Assembly: GCF_006345805.1 (NCBI RefSeq)
Contig: NW_021832528.1
Span: 186,001-250,000 of the forward strand
DNA: 64,000 nucleotides
Reading direction: 5' to 3'
DNA from: Octopus sinensis
Lineage: Eukaryota
The position numbers and the translations under genes were made by a program. Positions 1 through 12,821 of this stretch are shown here, piece after piece (the first letter of the stretch is position 1; each line of letters opens with the position of its first letter). A model generated the notes under the pieces. The model was given only the letters and a program-made list of their open reading frames with translations, made no database searches and was not told the origin of the DNA.

Positions 1-215
1 GGCGAATTTGAGAAATGGCGAATTTGTGAATATATTCAATAATTTTTGAATGTGAGTAGAACTGCTTAATAATTCGAAAATAGCCAAAATTGACGTACTT
101 GAAAAAATTAATTTTATTTTAACAAAGAATTATGCTTTTTTATCAAAGTAAATTCCAGTCCCGTTTGTTGTCTCTTTATTTTGATTTGTTTCTTCAAATC
201 TTCAAATTGAAGTAA

Positions 216-790
216 TTAGACGCACATCTTCTTCGTTTTCAACATATCGATTAGTGACTTCTCAATTTCTTTTAATTTTACACCAATCTCATTTCTAGTG
301 AGATGAAATATTGTTTGTTCATTTGAAGGAAAATTTTTATCTGCAGATTGTTCTTCAGGATCTTCATTATCGAAATTACTTTCTTCGTTAATTGCATTTT
401 CTTCTAAATAATTTATAGAAGTGAATTCTTCAATTTGAATAGGATCATAAATATCTGTTTTAATTATCAATTCATCAATTAAATTTTTATCTGTAGATTG
501 TTCATCAAAATCTATTTTTCCAGTTTTTTGAAGCAATTTTCAATAGTTTTTGAGCATACGTCTTCCCAAGCCATTTTTAAAAAAACAGTGTCCTTAAGAT
601 TTAAATGTTTATAGGATTCATAAACCGAAACTTTGTCTGTTTCCAAAATTTTAGTGAGATAAAATAATTTGTGCCTATTAAAGTGCACTTTAAATGTTTT
701 GATAATTCCCAAGTCCATTGGTTGTATTATTCATGTTGCATTTTTAGGAAAGAACATAATTTTTATATTTTCAAGATGACAACTTACAAT
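216..790 (-). mobile_element. pogo/Tigger (DDE_1) transposase remnant, C-terminal part
   Basis: Minus strand reads LENIKIMFFPKNAT*IIQPMDLGIIKTFKVHF...MAWEDVCSKTIENCFKKL, matching the DDE_1 FLPPNTT..QPLDQGII..FK and W..V...TI.NCF motifs; contains a stop and a frameshift. Confidence 0.75.
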
Positions 791-811
791 TAAATTTGGT
801 GTCTTAATTTA

Positions 812-3785
812 CAATTACAATTACACAATGGGGAAAGGCCTGGCACCCTACCCCGTTTCTTCTTGTTGCCTTGCAAATTCTTCTGACAAACCTTTCACGG
901 ATCCTTCTGCCCAAATTGTCAATAACGTTAACCCTTTTCCTACTAATGTGCGCATTGCGGATTCTCACAAAATTGCAACGTGGAATGTAAGAGGACTTAG
1001 TTCCGGGAAATTGGACATTGTAAAATCTGAAATGCGTCGTTTAAATATTGACTTACTTGGCATAAGTGAAGTCCACTGGAAAAACAATGGTTGTTTTCAG
1101 TCTGATGATTTCGTGATTTATTATTCTGGCAATGAACATATGAAAAGAAATGCTGTCGCTTTCATTACTTCGAAAAAATTTTCCCATTTCATTGAAAGTC
1201 ATACAATTATCAGCGATCGTATTATTCTTATCCACGTGCGTGGAAAACCACTGCATCTTACATTTATACAAGTTTATTGCCCAACTACTGCGGCAAACGA
1301 TTATCAAATTAACACCTTCTATGATGAGCTCCAGGATTCCTTGCGTAAGACGCCAAAGAATGCCATAATTTACATATTGGGTGATTTCAATGCAAAAGTT
1401 GGAAGCCTCAAGCACAATGACACCGTTGGGAATTTTGGTCTGGGTCTAAGAAATGATGCTGGGGATCGCTTGATTCAGTTCTGCGAAGAAAATCGGTTCC
1501 GTATTACCAATACCTGCTTTCAACAACCTAAGAGAAGACTATATACATGGACTTCTCCTGATGGAAAAACCAGAAATCAGATTGATTATATTCTATGCAG
1601 CAACCGGTGGAAGAGTTCCATAACTGCCATCAAGACTTTTCCCGGTGCAGATTGTGGATCGGACCATGAACTACTCGTTGCTAAAATCCGCGTCAGACTC
1701 AGTAGAATAAAACATAAAAAGCATGGAAGAAATTTAGACCTTCGAAATATCCCATCTGCCTTCTCCGCCCAGGTTGAAGAAAATTTCAAACTGTTGGATA
1801 CTAACGGAGCTGCACCAGAGGTTCTGTGGCTCAGCATAAAGTCGATCATCAACACTGCGGCAGAAAAACATCTGTCCATCAAAAAATCTGACTCTAAATG
1901 CGATTGGCTATCAGAAGATACTATTAAAATTGCTCTCTGTCGTAGAGAAGCAAAGGCTTCTGGCAGGAAAAAGGATGTCGTCTTTCTAAATGCCAAATTC
2001 CGCCATGCAGTCAGGAAGGACAAAAATGAGTATTGGCAAAAGTGTTGCACTTAGTTGGAGAATGACTTTAAGAAAAGGCTTTTCAGGAATGCTTTTACAC
2101 AAGTGAGAAAATCACATACTCCTTTCTACTGCTCGGAAAGGAAAAGTCAACGACAGGGATGGCAGAGAGTTATTCAGCGGTCACAGCGTCCGAAACAGAT
2201 GGAGGGAGTTCGTGGAAGAACTTTATTCTCCAGAATACAAAACTTCAGCACCTCATCATGGAACGCTCACTATCTTTCCGAACCCCGAAGATGATATCCG
2301 AGAAAGTGATGTTACATAGGCCGTAAATGAATTGCCTTGCAACAAGGCGCCTGGGCCGGACAATATTTCAAGCGAGATGCTTAAGGCCATTCCTTTATCA
2401 GCAATCACAACTCTCTGCAAAAATATTTGGAAAACTGGTATTTGGCCTTCTGATTGGAAGAAATCAATATTTATTCTGTTGCCTAAAAAGGGCGACAGCA
2501 AAGTCTGCTCGAATTACCGCACAATTGCTCTCATATCTCATGTTAGGAAAATACTCCTGACGTTAATAAAACAACGTCTATCTCCAATCTCAGAAAAGAT
2601 TCTTTCAAATTACCAAGCCGATTTTAGACGTGTTCGTGGTACGAGAGATCACATCTCCAGCCTTCGATGGATTTTGGAAAAATCCCGTGAATCCCAGAAG
2701 CCTCTTTTCATTTGTTTCATTGACTATCGCAAGATTTTTGATTGCGTATCACACGTGAAACTTTGGTCCGTCTTGGAAGAATTTGGAATTCCTCATCATC
2801 TCATATCGATAATAAAATCTCTTTATACTGACCAAGTGGGTTTTGTGCGGACCCCTTATGGAGACACAGACTGTTTCGGTATTGGGAGGGGCGTCCGACA
2901 AGGCTGTATTCTATCCCCGCCACTGTTTAATATTTACACGGAGAAAGTCATGGAGGAGTTAAATTGCGAAAATGACATCGGAATCAAGATTGGTGGTCTC
3001 AACATAAATAATCTCCGTTATGCAGACGATACTACAGAGGATAGCTTGAGGCAATTAATTACGAGAGTCAAAGACAACAGTGCCTCTTTTGGCTTATTCC
3101 TAAATGTGAAAAAAACCAAAATAATGACAACTTCACTGTCCGGAAAAATTAGTGTCATCGTCAACGACGAAGAAATAGAATGTGTTGAAAGTTATATGTT
3201 TCTTGTAAGTCTGATAACCAGAGATGGTGGTTGTGTCTCAGAAATTAATAGACGGATGGCTATGTGCAAGAGTACGATGATAAAACTGAATCGGATCTGG
3301 AGTAGCAAGGATGTTTCTCTCGAGACAAAGATAAGACTAGTCAACGCGATTGTGTTTCCCGTTTTTCTCTATGGTTGTGAATCTTGGACACCGTCCAAAG
3401 CTCACAGCAAAAGAGTGGACTCACTGGAATTATGATGATGGCGCAAACTTTTGAACATAAATTGGTACGAGAAAGTGTCAAATGTCGTTGTTCTCGAAAG
3501 GATTAAACCTACACTGTCGCTTGTGGCGAAAGTTTGGAAGCAACAATTATCATATTTGGGGCACGTGCTTCGGGGGAATGGTATAGGAAAAGGAATCCTG
3601 CTGTCTTCGTTCGCTGGAAAAAGGAAGCAGGGTAGACCGAAACTAAACTGGACATCTGAAGTAGTGAAACTTACCGGACATCTTTTGTCGGAAATAGCAG
3701 TGCTGGTGGGGGATAGAGCTTCGTGGAGGGACTTGTCTTACAGAATCGCCAATGGCCAAAATCGGCTGAATATGGCTTAACTTAA
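812..3785 (+). mobile_element. RTE-clade LINE (APE endonuclease + RT), near full length, inactivated
   Basis: ORF 828-2054 has APE motifs (ATWNVRGL, LGISEVHW, GDFNAKVG, YTW..QIDYI, SDH). ORF 2332-3435 has RT motifs (KAPGPD, FIDYRK.FD, GVRQGCILSP.LF, LRYADD). There is a stop at 2052 and there are frameshifts. A (CTTAA)n tail lies at ~3774-3790, with a possible 9-bp TSD CTTAATTTA (803-811 / 3786-3794). Confidence 0.92.
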
Positions 3786-5119
3786 CTTAATTTAAAGTAT
3801 ACAATGAGAAGGACAATTGTCGATCAAAAGCAAAATTGACTTTTTTCCTTCTTCAAAAAGTTGTCAAGAAAGAAAATGAAATGGACAACAACAATCAAAT
3901 TTTGTTGATTAAGAGAATTTAAGTAAGTAATGAAACGTAACATGGTCTTTTGTGAATCTACTTTCCTGTAGATTTGAATGAAAGTGGAGGTAAAATTTTT
4001 TGCAAATCCTGATTTTTATTCCTGATTTTCGTTTCCTGCCAAATGTTACACCGGAAGTAGACATATTTCAAAAAAAGTGTATTTTAATTTCTGTGAATAA
4101 TAAAATATTTTACTTATTTATTTACTGTTTTAAAATGAAAGATATAATATTTATAAAAAATAAGTCAATGAATTGTGAATAATTTTATCATTAATGATCG
4201 AATTGGTGATTCTTCTAGTTTCTAAAGCTACAAAAGCAACATTAACCAATTGTGAAATATCAAAAGGCAATCAAATGTTTTTTTACAAAATTTAAAATGT
4301 TCGTAGAGCTCTCCGAGATTGCATTTATCAAACAGACGAAATTTTTTATTCAAATATAACAAAGCTTGAAATAATAAAAAACGTTTTTTTTGTTGAAAGG
4401 CCAAATTTTCAAATTTTCCCATCACTTGAAATACTGTTGATAATTGTCAATATATTTTTGTAGTGACTGTTACGGTTCTTTGATGTATATTATGAATGAC
4501 ACATTTCATGGACTGACATCATTAAATACAGTGTAATGACTTAAATAAATTAATTTTTAACTACAGGTGGCTCCTTGACTGCAAGGAATTGCAATATTTA
4601 AGTCGTTCGGCATTTTTGACTTGTTCGAGTTTGACACATCTGTATTTTTAAGTATAACAAAATTTTAGTATTTTGCCGAAATACAAAACGTTCAGTCCAT
4701 TTATCAACATTCAATACAAAATCTATTTTGAAATGTCTATAATGTGCCTTCAAATTGGTAAATCACAGCCAATATTGTATTCATTTCGATCTTCTAGTTT
4801 AGAATACTTGGAGGCGAGGATGCTCAGTTCATGCTAGAGTATGTCCATATCTATTTAATAGCCTAGTAATGACTTCAAGTGGCGTTTATTTTCCGGAACT
4901 TTCACATTGACCACTGTGGGAGCCACAGGTATGAATAATACTTATCCAAGCATGCAATGAGTGCCTCCCATACGATTCAGACAACGCCCTATGCTATAAT
5001 GTCTAAAAATGATACAAATATTAACAGTTTTTCTTCTAATACTAATATTCATTCCTATTGTTAATTAAGCTCATTTCCGTTATTGCATTCTTTGTCTGTT
5101 CGATTTCGTCAAAGGAAAT

Positions 5120-5305
5120 GTTTAAAACTGTTTCTGTGCAAGATTTCGATGATTTTTCCATGGAGGACAAGATGTCTGGATGGGACTAGCATGGCAGGCA
5201 GCGGAGCGTGTACAGAAGTTTTGGCATATGCATACTGGTTTTCATGAGGAAAAAGCGATGTGCGAGTCTTGCTCCAAGAGTCTGCTTGTGAGGTTACAAA
5301 ATTCC
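5120..5305 (+). repeat. Dispersed repeat, probably the C-terminus of a pogo/Tigger transposase; second copy at 55295-55480 (-)
   Basis: Direct nucleotide similarity (gcaggcagcgg.gcgtgtacagaagttt.ggcatatg.atactg.ttttcatgaggaaaaa). The second copy reads NCFRAGF, like the pogo NCFRKAGF motif. Confidence 0.5.
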
Positions 5306-5529
5306 ATGAAAAAGAAAATGAGAATGGAAAAAAAGAATGAGATAAAAGAAAAAATGGGGTAGTGAAAAAAGAATAAAATGAAAGAGAGTGGGTTGGATAG
5401 ATCGAAAAAAGTGAAAAGAAGTGATAAGAGAAAGAAAAAAAAGAATGAAAAAGAAAATGAAATGGACAATTGCATTGATAATCCAATAACATTATTCATT
5501 ATTAAATGTATTTTTTATCTTGTGAAAGT

Positions 5530-5600
5530 CGGCGATCACCGGGATTATAATAATTAACTGGCTTACCCGTCTTTGGTCTTTAAAAATAAAAAAAAATAAA
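5530..5600 (+). mobile_element. 3' end of a retroposon family (other copies at 21533-21775 and 56751-57115)
   Basis: gatcaccgggattataataattaactggcttacccgtctttggtcttt followed by an A-rich tail; matches the reverse complement of the other two copies. Confidence 0.6.
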
Positions 5601-5997
5601 AAATCTTGTGAAAGTCGTCGTCAATCCTTGAAAATCACATTTTGAAGATTTCTCTATTCATTCAAGAATTTTTGAAACTGCATAAAATACTGAATTTCCA
5701 CAATCCATGTATATGTTGAAATATAATAAAGCAAACTTTTCATACAACAAAGTGATTTGTAATTTCCAATAACATTCGGTCTTAAGTTATTTCCTGTTGC
5801 ATTACATGGAACTGAAATTCTCTCTTTACAAACAAATCCTCAATCTTCCGCAAGTTTGACAGTATTACCAGAAAAACCGGATCTACAGAAAAACGTGATA
5901 AGATCCTTGGAGTATATCTACACAGTAAATTCACGGAAAAATGTGAATTAAAACTAAATTAAATTTTGTTTTTGTTTTATGTGAATTCTTAAAATAT

Positions 5998-6320
5998 TTG
6001 AATAGTATAATAAATGAATTTCATGGCGACTTTCCGACATTACTTGATGAACTACATTTAGATATAATATTGAGTGCAATGTTGGAAATAAATCATACAC
6101 GAAGGATGCCACTTACTAATAAATTAGATGAGTATCTACAATTGGAAAGATATGCAGAGTCAGTTGGGTTTGTGTATTCGCATGAATATACTGAGCCTAT
6201 AATTGTATATTAATTATATGCTATATATAGGAAAGAAGTTGAGAATTCGAAGTCACTGAACAATCTCGAGAAAGTGAAGAAATTTCAAATCTTGAAGAAA
6301 GTGAAAGTATTCAATAACAT
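5998..6320 (+). pseudogene. Orphan gene fragment with a paralog at ~6578-6860
   Basis: NEFHGDFPTLLDELHLDIILSAM here versus NEFYGH-FPIILEDLDIDILIHAI (one frameshift) at 6578; no family recognised. Confidence 0.35.
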
Positions 6321-6869
6321 ACATTATTTTTTTGTTAAAAACATGGTTATTGTATTTTATTCAAGCATTAAATTAAGATTTATAGAAAGTAATAAAGTGT
6401 GTTAGTTATTTGTTAAGTTATATTACATAAGTTTGTTTTTTAATTACAATTGATTTTTTAGTTGCAATGTGATTTGAATAAAAATATAAAATTAAATTAA
6501 AAATAATATTATTAAATATCAAATTTATAGTTAATAAATAATTTGAATTATCACTGTTTGTGGTGAAACGACCAAAAAATGAATTTTATGGCCACATTCC
6601 CAATAATCCTGGAAGATCTAGACATAGACATATTAATACATGCCATTGACAATATAAAGGAACCTGACAGCATCGACAGTCACGAGACTGCACAAAACCT
6701 CGATGTAAGCAAAAATGACTTTCAGACATAGGATTTTATGTTGGAAATTGGACCAAGTGTTCCCCACCCATTTGGGAGTCTCCAGGACCATAATAGTGAG
6801 GGAAATAATCGAACTTCGAGTATAATACTTTCAGAGTCGAATGGAGAATTAAGCACATAATTTTAGTTC

Positions 6870-6961
6870 TTTTAAATAAAATATTTAATTTTAATTATTT
6901 ATTTTTTTTAAATTATAAACGTGGTTTGTGTGCTTGTGGTGCATTTTTATTACTTTTAAAA
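6870..6961 (+). repeat. Decayed duplicate of the PPAN promoter/first exon, split by the hAT insertion (continues 9025-9070)
   Basis: The joined flanks read ...aaattataaacgtgg...gtggtgcatttttattacttttaaatagccaaaaacgacgtgtatt, matching 12770-12845 (...gtggtgcatttttattgtttttaaaATGgcgaaaaaacgacgtgtatt). Confidence 0.7.
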
Positions 6962-9024
6962 CAGGGTTGTTAAAAATCATGATTTTTTTCAAAAAAATCA
7001 AAAAAATCTGATTTTTTTGATTTAATCACGATTTTTTTGATTTAAATCAGATTTTTTGAATTAAATGATCTTTATTTCAAAACGACCCTTTCCACCTGGC
7101 TTATCAGAGAACCTCTCTCTTTGTACATAAACACTGAAAAACGGCCACGCAGAACGATCTATCGTAGTTCCTTATGTCCACCGGGATCACTTAACTAGTT
7201 TGCATTACGCTTTCTTTCTTTGTGGTCTTCGGGTTAATAAATAAAAAAATATTTCAAAGCGAACTAAAATAAAAAACAAAAACAATGGAAATCGTTTTTA
7301 TTTATTTAAAAGCTTGTAAATGGAAACAAGTTTGACTGCTTTTTCGATCCCCAGCCTATTGCGTACATTTGAATGTAGAAATCCGAATGTTGAAAAGATT
7401 CTTTCTATTCCACCTGTCGAAGCAACTGCTCCAAGAATTTTTTTGCATAGTGAAATTACTTGTGAAGGTAACTGGTATGAATTCGACTCCCACCAAGCTA
7501 TAGGTGATACTTTACTCAATAAATTCGGAGCAAACATGTATTGTTTAAATGGATCAGCTTTTGCTCTGAAATTAATCAGAGTCGGAAGTGCATATTCATA
7601 ATTTTGAGCACAATAACTCAATGCAATGTCAATCTCAACATTTGAAAGAGATTTCCCACTACATGTCGGGTCGATCAAATTCGCAAGTAAGTGGAAAGGT
7701 GTTAATGCTTGTTTTGCTCGAATTCTCACTTTTCCTAAAATATTCGTACATCCATTGTCAATATATGTCTGTTCAAGTTCTTTCCAAATTTCTACAGCAT
7801 GACTAATCGTGGTAGAATCATTCTGAATTTTATCTAAAGCGACAGCAATTGGTTTAATAAGCATCAGATATTCTTCAACGCGTCGTTTTAGGGAAATATT
7901 TTGGACCTTGGAAAAAATCTCTGTATCAATATCCGTTCTGTGTTCCTCACAAGTTCTCAAAATAATAGACCAATTATCCAGATAAGATTGAAAACAGTCT
8001 GATAAAGTGTTCCACCGTACATCAATCGGAAGAACGAGTTTTTTTCCTCCATTAGATTTGTACCATGCAGCTGGAAGATGGACGTTTCGGAAATATTTAT
8101 TGATTGTTACAATAGTTCCTTTAACGTCCGCTACCTCGACATCCTTCACAAGAAGGTTGAGATAATGTGCCGAGCAACCATAAGTAATTATTTCATTGCC
8201 ATCTTCCATCATTATCCGTCTCATTTTAGTCATGTTGGCAGCATTATCCGTTACAAGACTGCCGATTTTACATCCAAACCGTTGTTCAGCCAATTGTGCG
8301 GAGGCTAAAGCAACAGATTGAAGATATTCCGCAGTGTGGCTATATCCAGAAGTGTCCACAGTGTCAATGAGATAATTTTCCCCATCTGATGTCACAACCG
8401 AGACACAAATAACGGGTTCATTATGAATGTTGCTCCATCCGTCCAACATCATAGACACTGTTTTGTCCTGGAGTCTTTGTCGACAGTCTTCATGTATTTG
8501 GTCGTACACATGATCAAGTAATGTACCACCAATTTGATGACGAGAGGGTAAACGATACCCAGGAAGAAGCATTTGGACGAATTTGACAAATTCGGGATGT
8601 TCTACAGCAGCAAACGGAGTGTTTGTAGAAAATATGTATCTAGCGAGTTGCAGATCCATCAAATCTTTCTTAGATGAAGTCGTCGTAGTTACGAAATTGA
8701 TTAATGAATGGTCCTTCATCCTTGGAGGAAATTCGCTTTCAGGTCTCGGCATATTTTCAGGGATATCAATATTACTTCGACATAATAAATGATGCTGCCT
8801 CATCCGAGATACAAGACCTTGTATGTCCTTCCCACAATTACGACATCTGGCACGGCTTCCGGTCTTTCCAGGAATAATACGTTTATCAAAATAAGCCCAC
8901 AAAGAATCACGCTTTCTTCCAGACATTTAAAAAAATTTAAATGATTTTTTTGATTTTTTTAATGATTTAAATCATTGATTTTTATTGTTGATTAAAATCA
9001 AATGATTTAAATCTAACAACCCTG
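6962..9024 (-). mobile_element. hAT DNA transposon, apparently intact
   Basis: 11-bp TIRs CAGGGTTGTTA, subterminal AATCA/GATTTTTT repeats, and 8-bp TSD-like CTTTTAAA (6953-6960 / 9025-9032). Confidence 0.93.
7298..8926 (-). CDS. hAT transposase, 542 aa (BED zinc finger, DUF659-type core, dimerisation domain)
   Basis: Uninterrupted ATG-to-TAA ORF with W.YF...C..C...HH..C, catalytic LDGWS and VTDNA, RWNT, and IERIFS. Confidence 0.93.
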   Translation of the reverse strand: MSGRKRDSLWAYFDKRIIPGKTGSRARCRNCGKDIQGLVSRMRQHHLLCRSNIDIPENMPRPESEFPPRMKDHSLINFVTTTTSSKKDLMDLQLARYIFSTNTPFAAVEHPEFVKFVQMLLPGYRLPSRHQIGGTLLDHVYDQIHEDCRQRLQDKTVSMMLDGWSNIHNEPVICVSVVTSDGENYLIDTVDTSGYSHTAEYLQSVALASAQLAEQRFGCKIGSLVTDNAANMTKMRRIMMEDGNEIITYGCSAHYLNLLVKDVEVADVKGTIVTINKYFRNVHLPAAWYKSNGGKKLVLPIDVRWNTLSDCFQSYLDNWSIILRTCEEHRTDIDTEIFSKVQNISLKRRVEEYLMLIKPIAVALDKIQNDSTTISHAVEIWKELEQTYIDNGCTNILGKVRIRAKQALTPFHLLANLIDPTCSGKSLSNVEIDIALSYCAQNYEYALPTLINFRAKADPFKQYMFAPNLLSKVSPIAWWESNSYQLPSQVISLCKKILGAVASTGGIERIFSTFGFLHSNVRNRLGIEKAVKLVSIYKLLNK

Positions 9025-9719
9025 CTTTTAAATAGCCAAAAACGACGTGTATTTGTATTATATTTATTTCATATGCTTTAAGTTAAAATTGACAGAAAAC
9101 CTGCCACATGGTACAATTTTTTAAACAAATTTAAATTAATTGATTAACTGCCTGTAAAAATATTAATATATTTGTTGATTTCGAAGAGAATTAATAATTT
9201 GATTGAGAATCCAATAATTTCATTTCCTGACGACTGGACTATTCTTATGGGCTACCAGGAATTAAATTTGTAACATTTTCTTTGTAGCTGATCAAATTCT
9301 AACTAAAATTCAGAATATTTTGTGGAGTTAGTCTTAGGCAGTACTCAACCTCGAGATGATAATGGCTGTGCACTGCCTCATTCGATCAGTCTTCATGGAA
9401 TATATAAAATTACTTTTCGCTCACTAAAAAATTTGGTTAGCACTTGAAATATACAATTTTTAGCGAAAAAATAGAATCAGACAGAGGTGTTATAAAGACG
9501 CCGCATTTTTCAAAATAATTTGGTTCTGATTGATAGAAACAATTTGGAATTTAAAAGAAATGTAACGTCCTTCCAGCTAGAAATAAACTCGTTTGTAGAT
9601 ATGGTAGTTTTGTGCTAAAAATATTCCCAGATTGAGGATGAACTTCCAAAGCTACAAAAATTAAATTATTTCGACATAAGAACATCTTTTTTCTCAGAAA
9701 ATGAAAAAGATTTTGCGGA

Positions 9720-10400
9720 ATAATATGACATTCCACTTTTGACTGGAGAGATAAAAATGTAGTCACAAATGCTAAAAATCAGCTTAATTGTGGATCATGC
9801 TATATATTTGGCACAGTTTGTAAATAAATAATTACTCTCCAGATTGCCAGTCTAGAAGGTCAATATGCGATTAAGCATGGCAAGTTGGTTAGTTTTAGTG
9901 AACTGTGAGTATGTGAGCTGTGAGTATTGTGAGTGTAAAGGCGGACAGGGAAAATACGTTTTTAAATATATCATTAATAATGGGGGAATCAGCACAACTG
10001 AGCAGTACCCTTATCTTGGAATGGTTTATGAAACTATACTTTATAATAGAAAAAAGAATGCAGATATAAAAACAATCCAATAGTGATCACAGATTATGTT
10101 GATGCTTACTATTCCGAATCAGAGACATTAAGAACTTTACTTAAAATTGGTTCTATTGGGATTACAATTTGTATTCCAAAATATTTTCATTTTTATTCAG
10201 GAGGTATAAATGTGTAGCATTATAGGAATCTTTGATGATCATAAGTGTGAATACTTACATTTAGCGTGTCTCGTTGGATATGGGGTAGATAATGGAAAAG
10301 AACACTGGCTCATAAAAAACAGGTATTAAAATTAAGTATAAAAATAGTTGGGGTCGTGCTTGAAGGGATGATGGATACGTCCGAATCGTAAGGAACAAAA
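9720..10400 (+). pseudogene. Cathepsin L-like (papain C1A) pseudogene, mature domain, with micro-introns
   Basis: FDWRDKNVVT..KNQ..CGSCY, SLEGQYAIKHGKLVSFSE, YPY, LVGYG, WLIKN|SWG..GY. Introns at 9816-9842 (27 nt), 10024-10049 (26 nt) and 10323-10347 (25 nt). In-frame stops are present. Confidence 0.85.
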
Positions 10401-10760
10401 TTGGCCATTAAAAAACCACTTTTAAGACGGGTAAACATTGAAAAAAGAAAATCATTTTCAGATAAATGTTTGAGTATGTCAAACGAGGAACTCGACACAG
10501 TAATTGTTTCCGATGAGTGCAAATTTAACTTATATCAGAGTGACGGATTCGATATTATTCAAGAGAACGTTATAATTCAGATAACATTCTCCCTACTGTC
10601 AAACACGGTGGTGGGAACATAAAGTTATGGGGCTGTATTTCGTCTAGAGGCGTTGGCAGAATTGTTTCATCGATGATAAAATGAATGCTGCATATTATAA
10701 GCAACTTTTGGCCCAAAATCTATTTCAAACAGCTTCGGAAATGGGAAGAATTCAAATGGA
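10400..10760 (+). mobile_element. Tc1-type transposase remnant
   Basis: KKPLL...VSDECKFNL and [19 protein letters not shown] motifs, with frameshifts. Confidence 0.8.
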
Positions 10761-10881
10761 AGACATACGAATTATTAACTTTCTGTGGTCACTTTTTTAT
10801 GGAAACTTTTTTTGAATCATCGTTATCGTCAACAAATAAAAATAAATAGTCGATTTTTTAATAGTTTTTTCAAAAAATAGA

Positions 10882-10928
10882 TACACTCAACCCTCTCAAA
10901 TTGGCCATTTTTGGTTCCTTCAATTTTT
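10882..10928 (+). repeat. Tc1/pogo-type terminal repeat TACACTCAACCCTCTCAAATTGG (also ~17745-17795 on - and ~39460 on +)
   Basis: Three near-identical TA-flanked copies seen directly. Confidence 0.6.
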
Positions 10929-11640
10929 TGCCTGTCCAACTCGGGGTTGGCGTTCCTAACGGCTGCGAAGCTGCTGTCCATTCAATACATGAATTAACCG
11001 AATCATTAGAGGAGTTTATTATGGTCAAATTGGACGTTTCCAACGCATTCAATTCCATCAGACGGGACCACCTACTGGAGTGCTGTCGTGAATTAGTCCC
11101 TTTCGCCTATCCCCTTGTGCATCTCTCATATGCTTGCTCAAGTATCCTCATGTTCAACGATATACCTATTCCTTCGTCTACTGAGGTTCAGCAGGGTGAT
11201 CCCCTGGGCCCTGTTCTTTTCGCCTTGGGCGTTAATAATATTGCCCACTCTGTCCGTTCCCCAATTAACATTTGGTACCTTGATGATGCGACCATTTGTG
11301 GCCCTCCCGATGTTGTTTTTGACGACCTCCGTTTCATTATTCCTTCCCTCTCGGCCATTGGCCTTTCTATAAACAACAACAAATCCGAAGTGGTGAACAT
11401 CAATCTTTACCCAAATTCATTCACTGTCGCAACTTCCACGTGGCAAAATATCCTTTCTGACGTCCAAGTCACCGACAAGTCGAATTTGACGATTCTCGGT
11501 GCTCTCATGGGTCCTTCTGCCCTTGAAGACACGTTGTCTTGTAAAATCTCTAATCTTTCCAAAATGATCGAGAAGCTCAAAGACATCGAGTCTCATGTAG
11601 TTTTTTTCCTACTGCGGAATTACTTTTCTAAGGTCCTTTA
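10929..11640 (+). mobile_element. CRE-clade non-LTR retrotransposon, RT fragment
   Basis: QLGVGVPNGCEAAVH, KLDVSNAFNSI, VQQGDPLGPVLF and WYLDD motifs. Confidence 0.85.
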
Positions 11641-11689
11641 CACTTATAGAAATGAAACTGACTTCAAATAAAATAGCACAAATGATTTC

Positions 11690-12060
11690 ATTAAAAATGC
11701 CGGTTTCAAGCAAAAACATATTGCATCTATTCTGCACGTTTGCCAATCAACAATTTCGAAACAAATAAAAAAATGTCTTTAAGCAATACAAAGGTACCCA
11801 GAAAAGGCAGTGGTGGTCATAATATTTATTCTGAAGAAATTTCAAACATGATTTGTTATGAAATTGAACAAAACTCCAAATTGTCAATTAGGAAAATTTC
11901 TATTAAATTGAAAAATGAAAGAAACTTATCAATTAGTCATATGACAATTAAAAGAATGTTGAACAAAAAAAAAATATATGCCCACAAACCAATAAAAAAA
12001 CCATTGCTAACACCACGAATAATTAAATTACGTTATGAAGCAGCATATCAGATTAAGCCA
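11690..12060 (+). mobile_element. Tc1 transposase N-terminal (HTH) remnant
   Basis: SIRKIS..L....ISHMTIKRML....KPIKKPLLT pattern. Confidence 0.7.
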
Positions 12061-12821
12061 CGTTTGGGGAAATGGAAAATAATTAATATGAATCAAGTAA
12101 AAAAAGGCCTCCATTTGAATAACGGTTTGTTTCCCGCGCTTTTTTATTCCAGATTAACGCGTAGAGTCCAGTTAAAACTACTTCTCAAGTGAGTGTTGGA
12201 ACATTGGGTGTTCCACTTGCAACACCGACTCTTCATGACGAGTGTCACTGACTGAGAGTTTGTAAAATAAAGTCAGACCAAAACAGACAATTATGATGGA
12301 TTTATAAAATCGTCGATTAAATTAATGAAGAATAAAATGAAAAAAAGATTAAATTCTTGTCAAAATAACACGATTTGAATTACAGAATATGAAATATAGA
12401 AATTTTGTAATTGACAATATATTTAATCAATTTTCATGCAATAAGAAAACATTTATATAAGAAAATAAAATAAATAAACTGTCAACAACAAAAAATAACC
12501 ACGTGTGGTGACGTGGTTATCTTATTACATTTGGTTTTCCAGATAAAATTAACTAATTAATAATTTATTTAACCAATAAATTGAAAAACACAAAATCAAA
12601 TTAACTAATTATTACGATGTTAATCCTCTGGCCATCCACTGGATATTAATCTCCTAACCAATCCCAGTCCTTTATCATAGGTCTCTAAATCAATTACGGC
12701 TCTTTTTTCTCCATTTTCCATTTGAAATATTTAATTTTAATATTAATAATAAATTATTTATTTTATTTGAAATTATAAACGTGATTTTGTGTTCTCGTGG
12801 TGCATTTTTATTGTTTTTAAA

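Noticed and set aside
4228-4425. PIF/Harbinger transposase N-terminus (HFKFCKKTFDCLL)
   Set aside because: Single weak motif, with no TIR/TSD or catalytic region found.
12187-12231. Nested hairpin (ggaaca/tgttcc, gtgttg/caacac) as an ncRNA or Helitron end
   Set aside because: It is a single copy with no recognisable family motif or CTRR terminus, and could arise by chance.
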